A stretch of DNA of 64,000 nt from Balanoglossus misakiensis. Lineage: Eukaryota; Animalia; Hemichordata. Of this stretch, positions 60,392 to 64,000 are shown in pieces (position 1 is the stretch's first letter; every line of letters begins with the position of its first letter). The translations under genes and the position numbers were made by a program. The notes under the pieces are model-generated. The model was given only the letters and a program-made list of their open reading frames with translations. It was not told the origin of the DNA and did not search any database. The stretch covers positions 6,372,509 through 6,436,508 of the forward strand of contig CM082586.2 in the NCBI GenBank assembly GCA_040954595.2. Direction: 5' to 3'.

Positions 60392-63300
60392 TTACAGCTT
60401 GGCCTCCACAGCGCTGGCCTGCAGCAGTGGTTTCAGATATGTGTTATAGGAATGGTGTACCTGTGGGAAAACATAACACAACCTGTAAGTGACAATGGCT
60501 GAGGCCAACTTCATGTGGTACATACAATCACTGGATCCATCCTTACAACTAGACATTATGCTGTCTTCATGTCTAGATGTACAGGTAGTACCAGTAGCAG
60601 TCATCTGCCCCTGCCCACCCCACCCCTCTATCTCAGAGTGTAATATTGAAGTTACACGTACAATGCATGGCTAATACAAGCAGAAATCCGTTCCACTAAT
60701 CTTATTGACATCATGTGTTGATACTCTGAAAACAGGAAAGAAGACAACACATTCTGTAAAAATGCATGTAAATGATATTACTAACCTCTGTTTTGTTGAG
60801 TGGGGACCGTTTGGCCCACTCGTACATGTTCTCGTAGACATTGCCATCATATCTCCCAAGTATGGATCCTAACAATTCGTCACGGATGTCAAAGGCATCT
60901 ACCAAGGCAACGGCGTTTGGACGAATCACCCTCAACAATGCAGCCACTTGACTGGTTACCATGGCCACCTGATCACCAGACATGTAGCCATCCTGTAATT
61001 GAGAAGACAGCACTGAGTGAGTGTGTTTTCATTAGGTCATTTGTGTTTTAATTTTAAATGCTACTGCTGCTCACAGTCAAAGTTTTGTCCAGTTTGGTCT
61101 ATCTCCCCTTAGGCCTCTGTGTCAACCAAACTGTCTGTCTCCTGATGCAAAATGTACATTAACAAGGCATACAGACCTGAAATAGTCTGGTTATTATTAT
61201 ACCTGTTAGTGCCTGAGTGCATTTCAATTACACAATCCATACCTGTAACAGATCGCCTGCATTGTTCTCAATGCCATATAAGGCATAGAGCTGACACAGA
61301 CTTGTCAATACATCCCTCAGGGCCTGCGACATCTCTGATGATTTCAGAAACTCTACAAAGTTCATCACAGTGTAATAGTGGCAATGTGCCTGGGAAGAAA
61401 AAACAAAAAGATCATAGTCATTAAAATCAAAATTTTGCAGTAATTCATCCAGAAACTACAACAAGCTTGGATGACAGTTTCCTTCAGCAAATCATGGAAA
61501 CTGGAAAACTTGGATATTAAAGAATTACCAGTAACTCTTTCATCCCCAGTTTCCTCTTTAGAGGTCCAACCTTACCATAGAAAACAATGGGTTTGGACTG
61601 AACCATGGCAGTGAAAGGGGAGACAAGGTTGAGAAAATCAGTTGACTGAGTGACTTACATCAGCCGCTTTGATGAGATACAAGTGAGCATCATTCCATGC
61701 GACATGTTGTGGTCTACCTGAGAGTAATCCAGATTGCATCTGTTGAGCAGCTTCATGTACTATTCTGTGAAGTCAGGAAGAAAAAGAGTATTGTCAAGCA
61801 ACCCCGTCAAACAAAAACCAATGATACTATATTGGAAACTGGAGCAGATTATAGAAAAACAAAATCCTGACCTATAAGCTCTGTGTCTGTATGCATCCAC
61901 TAACAGACCAAGATCCAGAATATCCTCTTCAGATTTAGCTGGACACTTGGATTCTGGTTCTGTCGTGAGATAGGCAGTGGAGTGTGGTAACTTCTCCCCA
62001 GATGCAGCCTTTGAGACACACTTCATCAGATATCTAGAGAAATGAAAAAAAAAACTTTCAAAAATTATCCTATATATAAGGGCAGCTCCATATCACGTCC
62101 ATTGTTGCATGTCAAAGGTCAACTGAAATGTATGTGCAGTTGCCAATATATTATTTTTTCTTGTGCGTACATCTTATGTCCTGTCATTTGGTGATTTATG
62201 TCATCTTTTTTCTGTTATGTTGAAAGAGAAATGGAAAGGCGATGGCAGATTTTGAACGGTACAGTTCACAGCCATCCATTCTTCTTGTAAGTTGTAAACT
62301 ATTACAGTGCATTGCCGTGCGTGCGTTGCCGGGGCACGTATCATGATAGTGTCCATGGCAACCTGGCCTAAGAGGGCGCCCTTCACCCGCCATCACCTTG
62401 CTGTCTGCAGCATGAGCACACTGTACTCTCCTTCCACGGTCACCAGCGCAGTTGCTCCACTGTACAGCTTGGGAAACCCGCTAGCCTGAGAGTAGCCATG
62501 GCCACCACACGACAACCGCAAAACTTCTAATCCCCAGTTTGCGGTCAAAGATGAAAAAGCCTTCATACCAGCAGACAGGCCGTGCAACTGAAAAATCAAT
62601 GTCCATGTTTTGATGTATTTTAGTGCTTTGCAAAATGAACAAAATTACAATTATCTACTGTGGGAATCAAGAATTATTTGACAGGGTATTCATAGCCCAA
62701 TTTCTGAGAAATACAAATTTCCATAAAGCTGCGTATTATGCACATAAACAATGTCAACAGTAACATTTCCAATTAATGTACGAATCAGCCACAAACCTCC
62801 TGTAAACTGGATAGATCACCAGCTTTCACGTCTTCTTGTATCTGGTCGCATCGCTTGCGAATATTGTGGGCTGCAAATTTGAATGCATATGTTGCGGCCA
62901 ACTGCGGGAACAGTTTGAGTTGCTGCGACTGGTAGTCAATAATCTGTGGTTCTTTGCCCCTGTAGAAAGAAGTATGCTTCTTATCTCTGCCAGACTTCAT
63001 TTTTCGTATAACAGTTATGCTGTGCAACTTTTGTTTAATTCGATCCACCAAATTCTCTGTTCAAAGTGTTCTCACATTACAATGTATGCCCGTGCACAGG
63101 TTATGAGAACACATACCTGAGATATGACTATTAGGTAACTATTTAATAGTCCAGCAAAACATAATACTGTAATAATAACAATAAATTCCCATCGAAAAGC
63201 ATTCAAATAACCCCCCTTAGAAATGTTGAGAGCATGAATAGAATCAAAAACCATGGTAACCATTCCACTCACCCTGGGGTCAGTTCAGTCTGTCTCCTGA

Positions 63301-64000
63301 CAGCACTGTACCTTGTAGCAATGGTGCAACCAGAAGCCAGAGTTCCGGCAGCCATTGCAACTATGCTGACTCTGGTCAAGACCATGCCTACGTACACCAT
63401 CTTGTCGCTGATTGGAGGATGGTAGGTGCCATCTGTGTCTATCTGAAAGGGACGAAACAATATACAAATCAAGAAGTAAAGGTGTTTTTTTACATGAACT
63501 GAAAGCAGCGTAGTTGCATGAATTCCTATTATTCCAGGCATATTACCTTTGCGTACTTGGAAAGTAGATTTTCTCTCGGAATTCTGACATGATCAAATCT
63601 GCAGAAACCGTTGTCGTTGCTGTTCATGCCCGTTTTAGGACCAATGTCCCCAGTTATGACACCTGCCAAAAGAGACATAGAGAAGACTTGAAAACCAATC
63701 TTCGCAACTTTTTTAAGGTGCAAAATGCAAAAATGAATAATTCTTAAAAAATCAGATGCCTTGCAAGACTGAATGGAAAAATGTGTCTGTCTGATAAATT
63801 GGGTTTAAAGATATGTAACACTGATCCATAGATTACACTTGTCTTCTTTATAAACAGGTTCTGTGTTGATATTTGGGATTAATTTCAGTACATGACAGAT
63901 TTCAGGAAGTGCTGTACTAATTACTCATTCATGTAGAAACATTTTCTATGCTACAGTCCCATATCTACATTACAGATATGCTCCCTACGTACCTGGCAGA
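60392..64000 (-). CDS. ACOX1: Peroxisomal acyl-CoA oxidase (ACOX1-like), 3' half; 5' end lies beyond the window
   Basis: Phase-consistent exons 64000-63993, 63662-63547, 63442-63273, 62959-62797, 62587-62397, 62033-61872, 61764-61659, 61389-61243, 60992-60786, 60460-60392. Motifs: [56 protein letters not shown], catalytic-Glu region [27 protein letters not shown], and C-terminal PTS1 AKL. ACOX1 versus ACOX2 cannot be resolved for an invertebrate. Confidence 0.93.
61535..61619. mobile_element. MITE-like element copy 2, inverted and diverged, in an ACOX intron
   Basis: Its reverse complement (ccctttcactgccatggttcagtccaaacccattgttttctatggtaagg...) aligns along its full length with 12501-12584. 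Confidence 0.72.

Noticed and set aside
60549-61133. Short inverted repeats in ACOX introns (ctagacat...atgtctag; cagtttggt...accaaactg)
   Set aside because: The 8-9 bp arms have no second copy in the window, so they cannot be told from chance or decayed repeats.
62349-62362. RFX X-box-like GTGTCCATGGCAAC in an ACOX intron
   Set aside because: Only one half-site fits well and it is far from any visible promoter.
1-64000. tRNA, rRNA, CRISPR arrays or autonomous transposon ORFs
   Set aside because: None recognised; all long ORFs belong to the two spliced genes or are their shadows.

Overview
This is eukaryotic, intron-containing DNA, probably from a marine invertebrate (inferred from domain content and intron style; the taxon cannot be fixed from sequence alone). 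About 57 kb is taken up by one giant + strand gene whose 5' end lies upstream of the window. I traced 39 exons by hand from 153 to the stop at 57262, joined by 37 GT-AG introns and one GC-AG intron. Their phases chain without a break and the lengths sum to 45,645 nt, or 15,214 aa plus stop. The predicted product is a single-pass membrane protein of more than 15,000 aa. From N to C it has 18 glycine-rich modules of about 400 aa, about 11 four-EGF super-repeats, a small beta domain resembling ones in bacterial secreted proteins, 9 [EGF-VWD-LamG/pentraxin-C8-like] units containing an RKRR furin site, a TM helix with a CCICC cluster, and a 390-aa low-complexity tail with a strongly basic NLS-like block. 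The 3' half of a peroxisomal acyl-CoA oxidase gene (ACOX1-like, ending in PTS1 -AKL) converges on it from the - strand. The introns carry two copies of a small piggyBac-like MITE and several microsatellites.
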